Of a stretch of DNA of 64,000 bases, positions 21,621 to 30,243 are shown piece after piece. The stretch lies in NCBI GenBank assembly GCA_963770565.1, contig CAVYQE010000011.1, positions 512,001 through 576,000 of the forward strand. The letters run 5' to 3'. Made by a program: the position numbers and the translations under genes. Each line of letters opens with the position of its first letter. The first letter of the stretch is position 1. The notes beneath the pieces were generated by a model. The model was not told the DNA's origin. It did not search any database and worked only from the letters and a program-made list of their open reading frames with translations. This DNA comes from an uncultured Actinomycetota bacterium. Its GTDB lineage: Bacteria > Actinomycetota > Actinomycetes > JAFAQI01.

Positions 21621-21639
21621 AGTCCGCGAATAGTCCGCG
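21621..21639 (+). repeat. Putative integrase arm-type sites (AGTCCGCG x2, 11-bp spacing)
   Basis: agtccgcg at 21621 and 21632; same motif clustered near the other att site. Confidence 0.7.
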
Positions 21640-21656
21640 GGAACTTCGGAGAGAGT

Positions 21657-22734
21657 TCAGTCGGTCGCTCGGAGCGCCGCGTCCAGAACGCCGCGGCCCT
21701 CTTCCTCACTCGCGGGGAACAGGTGCCCGTAGGTGTCGAGGGTCTCGACGATGGAGGCGTGGCCGAGTCTGTCCTGGATGGTCTTGGGGTGCAAGTTGGC
21801 TGCGATCAGGGCTGACGCGTAGAAGTGGCGCAGGTCGTGGAACCGGGTGCCGGTCGGTAGCCCGGCGGTCTCGACGGCGGCGCGCCATCGGTCGCCGAAT
21901 GATGAGCGACGCACTGGGCCTTTCAGACGGTTGGTGATGAGCAAGCCGCTGTCGCCGGTCGGCCAGTCGCGAAGGTGCTGGGCGATCGCGTCGAGCAGTC
22001 CGTCGTCGGTCGGCACGGTGCGCCGCGACGCCCGGGTCTTGAGTGGCGCGAGGTGCGGGATATCACCGTTGCCGGTGAGCTGCTCCTCGACGTAGATACG
22101 CCGGCGCTCGAAGTCGACCCGGCTGGTCAGCAGACCGAGCGCCTCGCCCTGGCGCAGACCTGCGGCTGCGCCTAGCAGGACCGCGATTGCATATCGAGGC
22201 GTGATGGCGCTCGTCGAGGGCAAGAACCGCGTGCGGTGCCAGCGGCTCGACGACACGGGGCTCGACGCGGGGGAGCGGTACTCGCGAGCAGGGGTTCGCG
22301 GCGATCAGGTCATCGTCGACCGCCGACTGCATGATCGAGCGAAGCACTGCGTACGCGGTCTGCGTGGTGCTTGGCGCGAGACGGCTCGAGAGCTCGGCGA
22401 CGACCGCTTTCATGTCGGGGCGGCGTAGCGATGCGAGGGTGCGCCGGCCGATCAGCGGAAGGATGTGCGTGCGTAGGTGTGCGCGGTAGAGGTACTGGGA
22501 GTTGGGTCGCAGGTGGACCTGCGCCGGCAGCCACCGCTGCTCGACGTAGTCAGCGAGAGCGATGCGACCGGCGCTCGGGTCGACGTAGGTGCCGGTGACG
22601 AGGCCGGTCGTCATCTCGTCGAGCCAGCGTTGTGCGGCGGCCTTGCGGTCGAAGTGGCGGGCTCGCTCTCGACCTGATGGGTCGTGATAGCGGGCTCGCC
22701 AGTGGCCGTCCGGTCGTCGCTGAATGCTGGCCAA
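21657..22734 (-). pseudogene. Tyrosine integrase, frameshifted near 22210
   Basis: N-terminal part MASIQRRPDGHWRARY..YVDPSAGR in one frame; catalytic part GLRQGE..LKT..FHDLRHFYAS..LGH..TLDTYGH in another; removing one base rejoins them; RBS GGAGGT before TTG. Confidence 0.85.
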
Positions 22735-22857
22735 GCCCTACCTCCGTCGAGGCGCGCACGCTAGCGACGGGTGCGCTGTCTTTGTGCTGGAGTCGAGCAA
22801 CATGTGGATGAGCCCAGGAAGTTGTGGATAGTCGGTCTGACGCCGCGACAGCGGGAG

Positions 22858-23040
22858 TCAGGCGCCCCCGGCCGGTGTGACCCGTCCCGCGGTGATGAAG
22901 GCCTCCAGGTCGGCGGTGTCGATGCGGACGTGGCTGCCGAGCTTGACGTAGGGGATTCGTCGCTCGGCGATCAGTCGGCGGATGAAGCGGGTCTTGGTCG
23001 CGAGACGCTCGGCGGCCTGGTCGACGGTCAGCAGGGTCAT
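22858..23040 (-). CDS. Excisionase family HTH protein
   Basis: LLTVDQAAERLA..RFIRRLIAERRIPYVKLGSHVRI; RBS GAAGGAG. Confidence 0.9.
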   Translation of the reverse strand: MTLLTVDQAAERLATKTRFIRRLIAERRIPYVKLGSHVRIDTADLEAFITAGRVTPAGGA

Positions 23041-23087
23041 GGCGTGCTCCTTCAGGTTGTGACGGTGAGAACACGGTTAGTGCGGGG

Positions 23088-23370
23088 CGTCCCCACGAAC
23101 GTCCCCGCGAACGTCCCCACCGCAGGTCAGGACGCTGCGGTGAGGCGTCTCGACCGGGGTCGGAGCGGTGGACATGAAGGCGAGCATGCGCGTGAGGCGT
23201 ACCGCTGGGCGTACCGGTTGCCGTACCGCCCGGCGTACCGGTTGGTGTGTTTTCAGCGGGCGGCAAGTGCTCATGCGGCAGCGTGCACTCGGGGTGTACC
23301 CCCGGACGTACCCCGAGGTCCGCTGATCAGGTGGGGGTACGTCTGGGGGTACGCCTGGGGGTACGCCTGG
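23088..23370. repeat. Four blocks of 12-bp-period repeats upstream of the excisionase
   Basis: CGTCCCC at 23088/23100/23112; CGTACCG at 23198/23210/23222/23234; GTACCCC at 23296/23308; inverted GGGGGTACG at 23333/23345/23357. Confidence 0.85.
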
Positions 23371-23437
23371 TGATTGTGACTAAGCAGCCCGACTGAGTAT
23401 GGTGGTCAGCGACGCCGCGCGGCCCTACGCTGGTTGT

Positions 23438-23668
23438 GTGCTCTTCGACCGCATCACCATCGAGCCCGACCTCATGGCCGGGCAGCCCTGCATACGCGGG
23501 CTGCGGATCCCGGTCGCGACCGTCGTCGCGATGGTCGCCGACGGCATGACGGTCGAGGAGATCCTCACCGACCTTCCCGAGCTCGAAGCCGAGGACATCG
23601 CGCAGGCGCTTCGCTACGCCGCGGCCGCCGTCCGGGAGCGCGAGCTGCCCTTGCGTCACCCGGCGTGA
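23438..23668 (+). CDS. DUF433 antitoxin (VapB45-like)
   Basis: RITIEPDLMAGQPCIRGLRIPV..GMTVEEILTDLPELEAEDIAQALRYAA; TACGCT 6 nt before GTG suggests a leaderless transcript. Confidence 0.9.
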   Translation: MLFDRITIEPDLMAGQPCIRGLRIPVATVVAMVADGMTVEEILTDLPELEAEDIAQALRYAAAAVRERELPLRHPA

Positions 23669-24033
23669 GGTTCCTGGTCGATGCAAACCTCTCGCCGCGG
23701 CTAGCCGCGAGCCTTGCTCACGCCGGGCACGACGCCGTCCATGTGTCCGATGTAGGGATGAGCCGCGCGACCGACACCGAGATCCTGGACATGGCCGACG
23801 GACAGGACCGGGTGGTCGTCTCGGCCGACACCGACTTCGGCACCCTGCTCGCGGTCAGCAACCGACGCGGGCCGTCGGTGCTGCTCGTCCGGTTCACCAG
23901 CCCGCGGCGCGTGGAGCAGGTCGCGTCGGTGGTTCATGTGAACCTGCCGGCCGTCGCCGAATCGCTCGAGGCGGGTGCGGTTGTGGTGCTGGAGGATGAC
24001 CGGGTCAGGATTCGCTCGCTGCCGATGCGGTAG
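23665..24033 (+). CDS. DUF5615 PIN-like toxin (VapC45-like)
   Basis: RFLVDANLSP..GHDAVHV..ATDTEI..RVVVSADTDFG; GTGA overlap with DUF433. Confidence 0.9.
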   Translation: MRFLVDANLSPRLAASLAHAGHDAVHVSDVGMSRATDTEILDMADGQDRVVVSADTDFGTLLAVSNRRGPSVLLVRFTSPRRVEQVASVVHVNLPAVAESLEAGAVVVLEDDRVRIRSLPMR

Positions 24034-24226
24034 CCGGCCTCGACACGCCCGACCCCGTGCAAATTTCTCAACTTTCTTCTCATCTCAACTTCGACTCACT
24101 GTCACACTCCGCCTTTTTCCTCTACTTCCCAACGCTTTCCGCCACTTCCACCCTTCGATCTACCGCTCGTCTGACCGTCCCACGGCACCGGCAGACATGT
24201 GCATTTCCAATGCGTACGGTCACCGC

Positions 24227-26995
24227 ATGTTGTCGACCTCGAAGATCGGAACCGCGTCCTGGCGGTACTACTCCAACCAGGTGCAGCGCGGTGTGTGCGA
24301 GTACTACCTGGGTGTCGGGGAGGCCCCTGGCCGCTGGCAGGGCCGCGGCGTCGAAGCCCTCGGGCTAGAACCGAGAGCCGTTGTCGGCGAGCGGGAGCTG
24401 GAGGCGCTGTTCGGTCGCGCGCTGCACCCCACGACCCGTCAGCGACTGGGTAGGGCGTGGCGCGCGGACGGGGTGACTGGCTATGACTTGTGTTTCTCGG
24501 CGCCGAAGTCGGTCAGCGCGTTGTGGGCGGTCGGTGAGGGCAGTGTCCCGGGTGAGGTGATGGCGGCGCACCGCGCTGCGGTGGCCACCGCGCTGGACTA
24601 CTTGGACAGCCATGCGTCGTTCTCTCGGGTCGGCACGAACGGGCACACCCAGGTCGGCACGGACGGGTTCGCCGCCGCGGTGTTTCCGCATCGCACCAGC
24701 CGGGCGGGGGACCCGCAGCTGCACTCCCACGCGCTGGTAGTGAACAAGCTCCGCTGCCCAGACGGCGGCTGGCGCACGATCGACGGGCACGAGATCTACG
24801 CGCACAAGAAGTCCGCGGGGACGGTGTATCAGGCCGCGTTGCGCAACGAGCTGACCGGCCGGCTCAACGTGTCATGGACACCGGTGTCGAAGGACGGTCA
24901 GGCGGAGATCGCCGGCGTCCCCACTGCGCTGATGAAGGCCTGGTCGAAACGGGCCGTGCAGGTGACCGGTGAGGCCGCCCCGGTGATCGACGCCTACGAG
25001 CAAGAGCTCGGGCGGCCGCTGTCCTCAGCGGAACGCACCGCGGTGCTGAAGGTCGCGGTGCTGAAGACTCGGCCGGGGAAGGACCCGGTCGACGTCGTCG
25101 CGCTCTCCGACCGGTGGACAGCAGAAGCCGCCGAGCTGGGGTGGGACGGGCACGGCGTGCAACGGGAGATCGGCAGGGCGAGCCAGCCGCTACCGGGATC
25201 CGCTGAGCTGGCCGCCGAGATGGACCGAGCGGTCCTCGAGGCGGTCGGGGCGGCCGGGGCGCGGCGGGCGGTGTTCACCCGGTCCGATCTGGTGGCGGAG
25301 GTCGCGACCCGGCTGCCGAACGGCGGGTTCGACGCGAGCCTCGTCCGCACGCTGGTCGAGCAACTCACCGATCACGCCGTCGGCACGCCCGATACCGTCA
25401 CGTTGCGCCCTCAGGTCGACGGATGTCGCCGTGGCTCCGACGCCCGCTATGCCTCCCGGGCAACGGTGGATGCGGAGCTGCGGGTCCTCGGCGTCACTTC
25501 TGGCGGCCGGGCGGCGGGTCTCGCGGCGCTCGACCCGGCCCAGGTCCGGCAGGTCGCGAAGCGCCACGGATTGGACGGGTCGCAGCAGGCAGCACTCGTC
25601 CAGGTCGCCGGGAGCGGTGACGCGGTCTCGGTGCTGGTCGCCCCGGCCGGGACCGGGAAGACCACCGCGCTGGGCGCGGCGGTCGAGGCGTGGCAGGCCG
25701 ACGGTTACCGCATTGTGGGGCTCGCACCGTCGGCCCGCGCCGCCGCCGAACTCCGCGACGCCACTGGCACTGCTGCGGACACCGTCGCGAAGTTCCTCCA
25801 CGAACACGACAAGCCGACCCGGCGAGGCGGACGCTGGGACATCGACCCGTACCGGCTCAACGCCGGGGTCGTGATGATCGTCGACGAAGCCTCCATGCTC
25901 GCTACCGCCGAACTTGACCGGCTGACCCAGGCGACGGGGGCGGCCGGCGCGAAGCTGCTGCTGGTCGGTGACCCAGCCCAGATCGGTGCCGTCGACGCGG
26001 CCGGCGGGATGCTCCCCGTCCTCGCCCACCGCCTCGATGCGCCGACCCTGGACACGGTGCACCGGTTCACCGAGCCCTGGGAACGGCATGCCTCCCTCCG
26101 ACTCCGGCGCGGTGACCCGACCGTCATCGACGACTACCTCGCCGCCGGCCGGGTCCACCACTGCCCAGATGAGTCCGCGGCCTATCAGGCAGTCCTCGCC
26201 GCTTACCTCGACGCGAGCACGGCAGGACGCAGGGTGTTGATGCTCGCCCGGACCCACCACGACGTCGACACCCTGAACACCCTCGCCCGCGCGCACGCGA
26301 TCGAGACCGGGCAGGTTCACGGACCGGTCCTGCTCGACGGGCCAGTCGAGTGGCGGGCCGGGGACCGGCTCCGCGCCACCCGCAACAACCGCACGATCAG
26401 CGTCGGCGCCGACTACCTGCGCAACGGTGAACGGTTCACCGTGCTCGGGGCTGACCGTCACGGACTGCACGTCCTAACCGTTGACGGCGGCCAGACCGCG
26501 CGACTCCCCGCCGAGTACGTGGCCGCACACAGCACCTACGGGTGGGCGACGACGATCGACGCCGCGCAAGGCGCCACCGTCGACCATGCGATCCTGCTCG
26601 CCCGACCCGGCATCGACCGCGAACACCTCTACGTCGGGCTCACCCGCGGCCGAAACGCCAACCACGTGATCGTCGCCCAGCCCACCAGCGACGTCGATCA
26701 CCACGGCCTGCCGAAAGCAGGGGTGCCTCGGGCGGCTCGGGAAGTCCTTGCTGACGCACTCAGTGGCAGCGGCGTCCAGCAAGCCGCCCACACCCGGCTC
26801 CCCGAGCACCAACAAGTCGAGCCGGCCGCAAAGCCAACAACAGCTCGGCCCATCGTTCGGCGGCCAAGACCGGCACGAGTGCCGCTCCGCCGGATCGAAC
26901 GGCCCCAGCGCACCATGGAACCCGACCACCACTACCGCGGCCTCACACACGACCACGGGCTCGACCAAGGACGCGACATGGGCCGCGGACGATAA
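24227..26995 (+). CDS. MobF (TrwC-like) relaxase with RecD-like helicase domain
   Basis: N-terminal YY..YY, YDLCFSAPKSVS, HUH motif HRTSRAGDPQLHSH, Walker A APAGTGKT, IVDEASM, VGDPAQI, AQGATVD, LYVGLTRGR. Confidence 0.93.
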   Translation: MLSTSKIGTASWRYYSNQVQRGVCEYYLGVGEAPGRWQGRGVEALGLEPRAVVGERELEALFGRALHPTTRQRLGRAWRADGVTGYDLCFSAPKSVSALWAVGEGSVPGEVMAAHRAAVATALDYLDSHASFSRVGTNGHTQVGTDGFAAAVFPHRTSRAGDPQLHSHALVVNKLRCPDGGWRTIDGHEIYAHKKSAGTVYQAALRNELTGRLNVSWTPVSKDGQAEIAGVPTALMKAWSKRAVQVTGEAAPVIDAYEQELGRPLSSAERTAVLKVAVLKTRPGKDPVDVVALSDRWTAEAAELGWDGHGVQREIGRASQPLPGSAELAAEMDRAVLEAVGAAGARRAVFTRSDLVAEVATRLPNGGFDASLVRTLVEQLTDHAVGTPDTVTLRPQVDGCRRGSDARYASRATVDAELRVLGVTSGGRAAGLAALDPAQVRQVAKRHGLDGSQQAALVQVAGSGDAVSVLVAPAGTGKTTALGAAVEAWQADGYRIVGLAPSARAAAELRDATGTAADTVAKFLHEHDKPTRRGGRWDIDPYRLNAGVVMIVDEASMLATAELDRLTQATGAAGAKLLLVGDPAQIGAVDAAGGMLPVLAHRLDAPTLDTVHRFTEPWERHASLRLRRGDPTVIDDYLAAGRVHHCPDESAAYQAVLAAYLDASTAGRRVLMLARTHHDVDTLNTLARAHAIETGQVHGPVLLDGPVEWRAGDRLRATRNNRTISVGADYLRNGERFTVLGADRHGLHVLTVDGGQTARLPAEYVAAHSTYGWATTIDAAQGATVDHAILLARPGIDREHLYVGLTRGRNANHVIVAQPTSDVDHHGLPKAGVPRAAREVLADALSGSGVQQAAHTRLPEHQQVEPAAKPTTARPIVRRPRPARVPLRRIERPQRTMEPDHHYRGLTHDHGLDQGRDMGRGR

Positions 26996-27080
26996 CAACG
27001 ACCTATTCGACGGCCCGGGACACACACGAATCGCTCCGAGCCGGCGCTATCGCTCGCATGATTACTGACACGATGCAAAC

Positions 27081-27458
27081 ATGCCGATGATGGCGGTCAC
27101 GTCCTCAACAGCCGGTCGGCGGCATGTAGCCGATCCTTCAGCCGCGGATGTTGTGGCTGCTATCCGGGCGCTCGACGGAGAGGGTGAGGTTGAACTCGAT
27201 GCACCCGGTCATGGCTGGCTCGGCGTGGCGGGAGGGCCGGACAAGTACTTCCTCGGCTACTGCCGGGAGGGCGATGGCGCGATCTTGCAAGCTCGTGCCG
27301 TGGAGTCGGTCGGCGGCACCGTCGAGATGGTGATCGGAGGCCAACCCACCTCAATCGAAGCCGAGTACACGGTCACTCTGGATGCGGCAACGGCGGCCGT
27401 CCTGCACTTCTTGGAGACAGGTGAGGCCGACCCCGCCATCGGCTGGGAGCAGATGTAG
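27081..27458 (+). CDS. Imm1-like immunity protein
   Basis: C-terminal VTLDAATAAVLHFLETGEADPAIGWE resembles the Imm1 A..F..TG.P...W signature. Confidence 0.55.
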   Translation: MPMMAVTSSTAGRRHVADPSAADVVAAIRALDGEGEVELDAPGHGWLGVAGGPDKYFLGYCREGDGAILQARAVESVGGTVEMVIGGQPTSIEAEYTVTLDAATAAVLHFLETGEADPAIGWEQM

Positions 27459-27656
27459 AGGTGCGATAGGGAACGACGCACTCTGTCCGGCCTACCGACG
27501 CGAGGCGTCCGATCCTCGCCGGCGCTATTCGACGCGGCGTTGCGAGATCATCCCCCTTCAGCGGATGGATGATCCGTCGCGGCATGAAGGGACGGCGTAC
27601 CGTTCGGGGTTCGGAGCCGGTGGCTCAGATATCGCTGGAGTGTGAGGAGACTGGGC

Positions 27657-28172
27657 ATGTCAGCAGATGACGCAGACGAAGCGGATGACGAAATCCTGCG
27701 TGGCTTCCTCAGAGCCCAGCGCGAATCGGTATTGGCAATCGTCGAGGGGCTCGGCGAGGACGCGTGGCACCGGTCAGTCGTACCCACCGGCTGGACGCCG
27801 GCTGGGTTAGTGGAACACCTGGGCGGCGCCGAATGGCACTGGTTTCAGGGCGTCGTAGCGGGCAAGCAGCCGGAGTTGCCGGGCGACGTCGAGGAGGATC
27901 AGGTGCCTTACGACCCCATGTCGGTGGTGTTCACCTCAGACGCGTCCCCCGCGGAGATCACTACCTTCTACCGCGACCAGTGCGCGCAGTCGGAGGATGT
28001 GCTGGCGACCACAGCACTGTCGGCGTCGCCACTCGGTAAGCATGGCCGATACGAGCCGCCAAATGTTCGTTGGGTTGTACTGCACATGATCGAGGAGACC
28101 GCACGTCATGCCGGGCATCTGGACATCGCTCGGGAGCTTCTCGACGGCACGGTTCGGCAGGGCGGCCGGTGA
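27657..28172 (+). CDS. DinB/DUF664 family protein
   Basis: LRGFLRAQRE, WTPAGLVEHL..EWHWF, VRWVVLHMIEETARHAGHLDIARELLDG. Confidence 0.85.
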   Translation: MSADDADEADDEILRGFLRAQRESVLAIVEGLGEDAWHRSVVPTGWTPAGLVEHLGGAEWHWFQGVVAGKQPELPGDVEEDQVPYDPMSVVFTSDASPAEITTFYRDQCAQSEDVLATTALSASPLGKHGRYEPPNVRWVVLHMIEETARHAGHLDIARELLDGTVRQGGR

Positions 28173-28537
28173 TGCGGCGCCTGTGTTTTCCTCCGTGAGC
28201 TCGCCGCCGTCGAGAGCAACACGCTTAAGGATCCCGGTCAAACCGTTCCCGCCGCCGCCCGGATCAGCGCAGTGCGGATCCCACCGACGACCGCTCTCAT
28301 CAACCATGGGCTGGATGGGATCGTCCCGAGTTCCGCTCGGCAGCTGATCACTGACCGTCGCTGGGAAGAGCGGTGATACCGAACAGACGTGCCGTTCTGC
28401 ATCTTTCGTGACGAGGGCGTCAATCGACCAGAACGGCATTACTTCTCGTCGTTCGGTCTACGCCGGGCGGACGGTTGGGGGATGGCGATGGGGGACCCTC
28501 CTCGGCCGGGCACGGCACCCGGCCAAGGCCGAAGCGT

Positions 28538-28852
28538 CTAGCGCGGTGCTTGCAGCACCATAAGGCGCCCCTGAGCATTCACCCCGAGCACGCCGCCGTT
28601 CCATACGCTTGGCGCGCAGGGTGCTGCGGCGTTGTGATCAAAGGTGACCGATATGACGTCCACTTTCGGTCGGCTTTCGGCGCGGTCGTAAAGCTTCACC
28701 TCGAAGGTGTGTGGTCCGGCGGTGTGGATGGTTTCGCCTAGCCGCGTGCCGGGGTTGCCGCAGTATCCAACGAAGCAAGCGACGATGTGCCCGTGTGGAT
28801 GGCTGCGCGCCCATACGTAGGTGCTGAGTACTACGCCTTGCCACGGCGCCAT
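28538..28852 (-). CDS. Hypothetical protein (element cargo)
   Basis: 104-aa ORF with GAAGGT upstream; no recognised motif. Confidence 0.3.
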   Translation of the reverse strand: MAPWQGVVLSTYVWARSHPHGHIVACFVGYCGNPGTRLGETIHTAGPHTFEVKLYDRAESRPKVDVISVTFDHNAAAPCAPSVWNGGVLGVNAQGRLMVLQAPR

Positions 28853-29080
28853 CGCACCTTCACGCCGCTGAGTCGGCGCTACAGCCCGGCATCAACGCGA
28901 AGACCAGCCCGATAGCCGCGAAGCCATACAACGGAGATCGCACCTGGCAAGTTTGGCTGACCGGCTGGCCCTCGACGGTCACGATCCGGACTCATTCGGG
29001 CTCTGCGAACGGTGCGCCAGAACGGCACGTATGGATCACCTACACCACGCGAGGGCGGCCCACTACGAACGCTCGTGCTC

Positions 29081-29557
29081 CTACGGCGGCGGGGCCACAT
29101 TTAGGCGCGCAGTCGCGAGCGTCGCCAAGCCGCCAACGCAGGGCACGTTCTTCTTCGGGCGCGCGTTGTCGCACATCGCGTAGTTGATGGGAACACTGAC
29201 GCGGCCTGGGCGGGTCAGGAGCCAGCCATGATCCTGTCGCCGAAGAGGCGCACCAGCAGCCTTGTTGGCCAGCTGAAATATGTGAGGACAGCCCGACCGA
29301 CTGACGACGCGCACGACGTCGCCAACTTGCGCGTGGAGTTGCACGTCGCCGGTAACCGGCGTTGCGGCGCGATTGATGAGGAGTCGTGCGGTCGTACCTC
29401 GGCAAGGCCCAGGGCCGAGGGCGAGGGCAAGAGGCAATGCAGGGCGCGGGACCGGAGTAAACGTCACAGGACGAGTGACGCTGGGCGACGACGCTGCACC
29501 ACTACACGCGGCGACGAGAAGCGTGAGCGAAAGGCCCGCAAAGACGCGCACTCTCAT
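29081..29557 (-). CDS. Putative lipoprotein (element cargo)
   Basis: Signal peptide MRVRVFAGLSLTLLVAAC with lipobox; four further Cys. Confidence 0.55.
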   Translation of the reverse strand: MRVRVFAGLSLTLLVAACSGAASSPSVTRPVTFTPVPRPALPLALALGPGPCRGTTARLLINRAATPVTGDVQLHAQVGDVVRVVSRSGCPHIFQLANKAAGAPLRRQDHGWLLTRPGRVSVPINYAMCDNARPKKNVPCVGGLATLATARLNVAPPP

Positions 29558-29719
29558 GCCCGTAAGACTCGCACGCAGCAACATCGGTTCCAAGGGACTT
29601 GATGATGACCAGGTGCCTCCGGGCCGACGCAAGAGAAGGTAACGCCGGTTAAGGTCGGCGAGCAGAAAGGCCAAATCGCGAATGCGGAACCTACAGACCA
29701 ACTCGATGATCCGCGCGAA

Positions 29720-29857
29720 AGTCCGCGAGGTCGGAGACAATCTGTACTTAGCCGCACCTCGCACAGGCGGCCTGTAGGAAATCAACTGGCGGCTCGGCGG
29801 TCCCGCGAGTCCGCGACAAGTCCGCGACAATTTCAGCAGTCCGCCGAAAGTCCGCGA
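29720..29857 (+). repeat. Putative integrase arm-type sites (AGTCCGC[G] x5)
   Basis: Copies at 29720, 29808, 29819, 29838 and 29849, including two pairs spaced 11 bp. Confidence 0.7.
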
Positions 29858-29966
29858 AAAACCGGACATTCCCGGCAGCCGACGGTCACTGGCGGTCAAG
29901 GTGTTGCCGCAGGTCGGGCCCGTAATTCGAGGAAAATGCCTGGTCAGCCAATCGCTCCGGAGGCAT

Positions 29967-29992
29967 CCCGGCTTACAGGCCAACTCGTCCGC
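29967..29992 (+). repeat. att core, distal copy (displaced original rnpB 3' end)
   Basis: Identical 26-mer; continues CAC to give 17/17 complementarity to the rnpB 5' strand at 21189-21205. Confidence 0.92.
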
Positions 29993-30243
29993 CACCCGAG
30001 CCCCCGACTAGCGTCTTCGCAGCATGCGACTAGGCAACGACGAGCGAGGAGCAGGCTTCACCCATCGTCTTCGCGCGGTGCCGCGATCCCGGGCGTCCAG
30101 CAGGTTATCGGTGTCGCTGAGTCGCCGTGCCACGTTGGAGATTCTCTTTTTGGCCTGCGAAGACCTGCGAAGCCGACGAGGATAGCCGCGTGGGAGCCCG
30201 TCCGCCCAGGCTCCCGCAGATCGAGTGCGGACAAGGAGTCGCC

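Noticed and set aside
22801-22831. Two DnaA-box-like TGTGGAT motifs upstream of the integrase
   Set aside because: Both are imperfect and too few to support an origin or regulatory claim.
23088-23370. Repeat array considered as a CRISPR
   Set aside because: The period is 12 bp with 7-9 bp cores, there are no spacer-length unique sequences and no cas genes.
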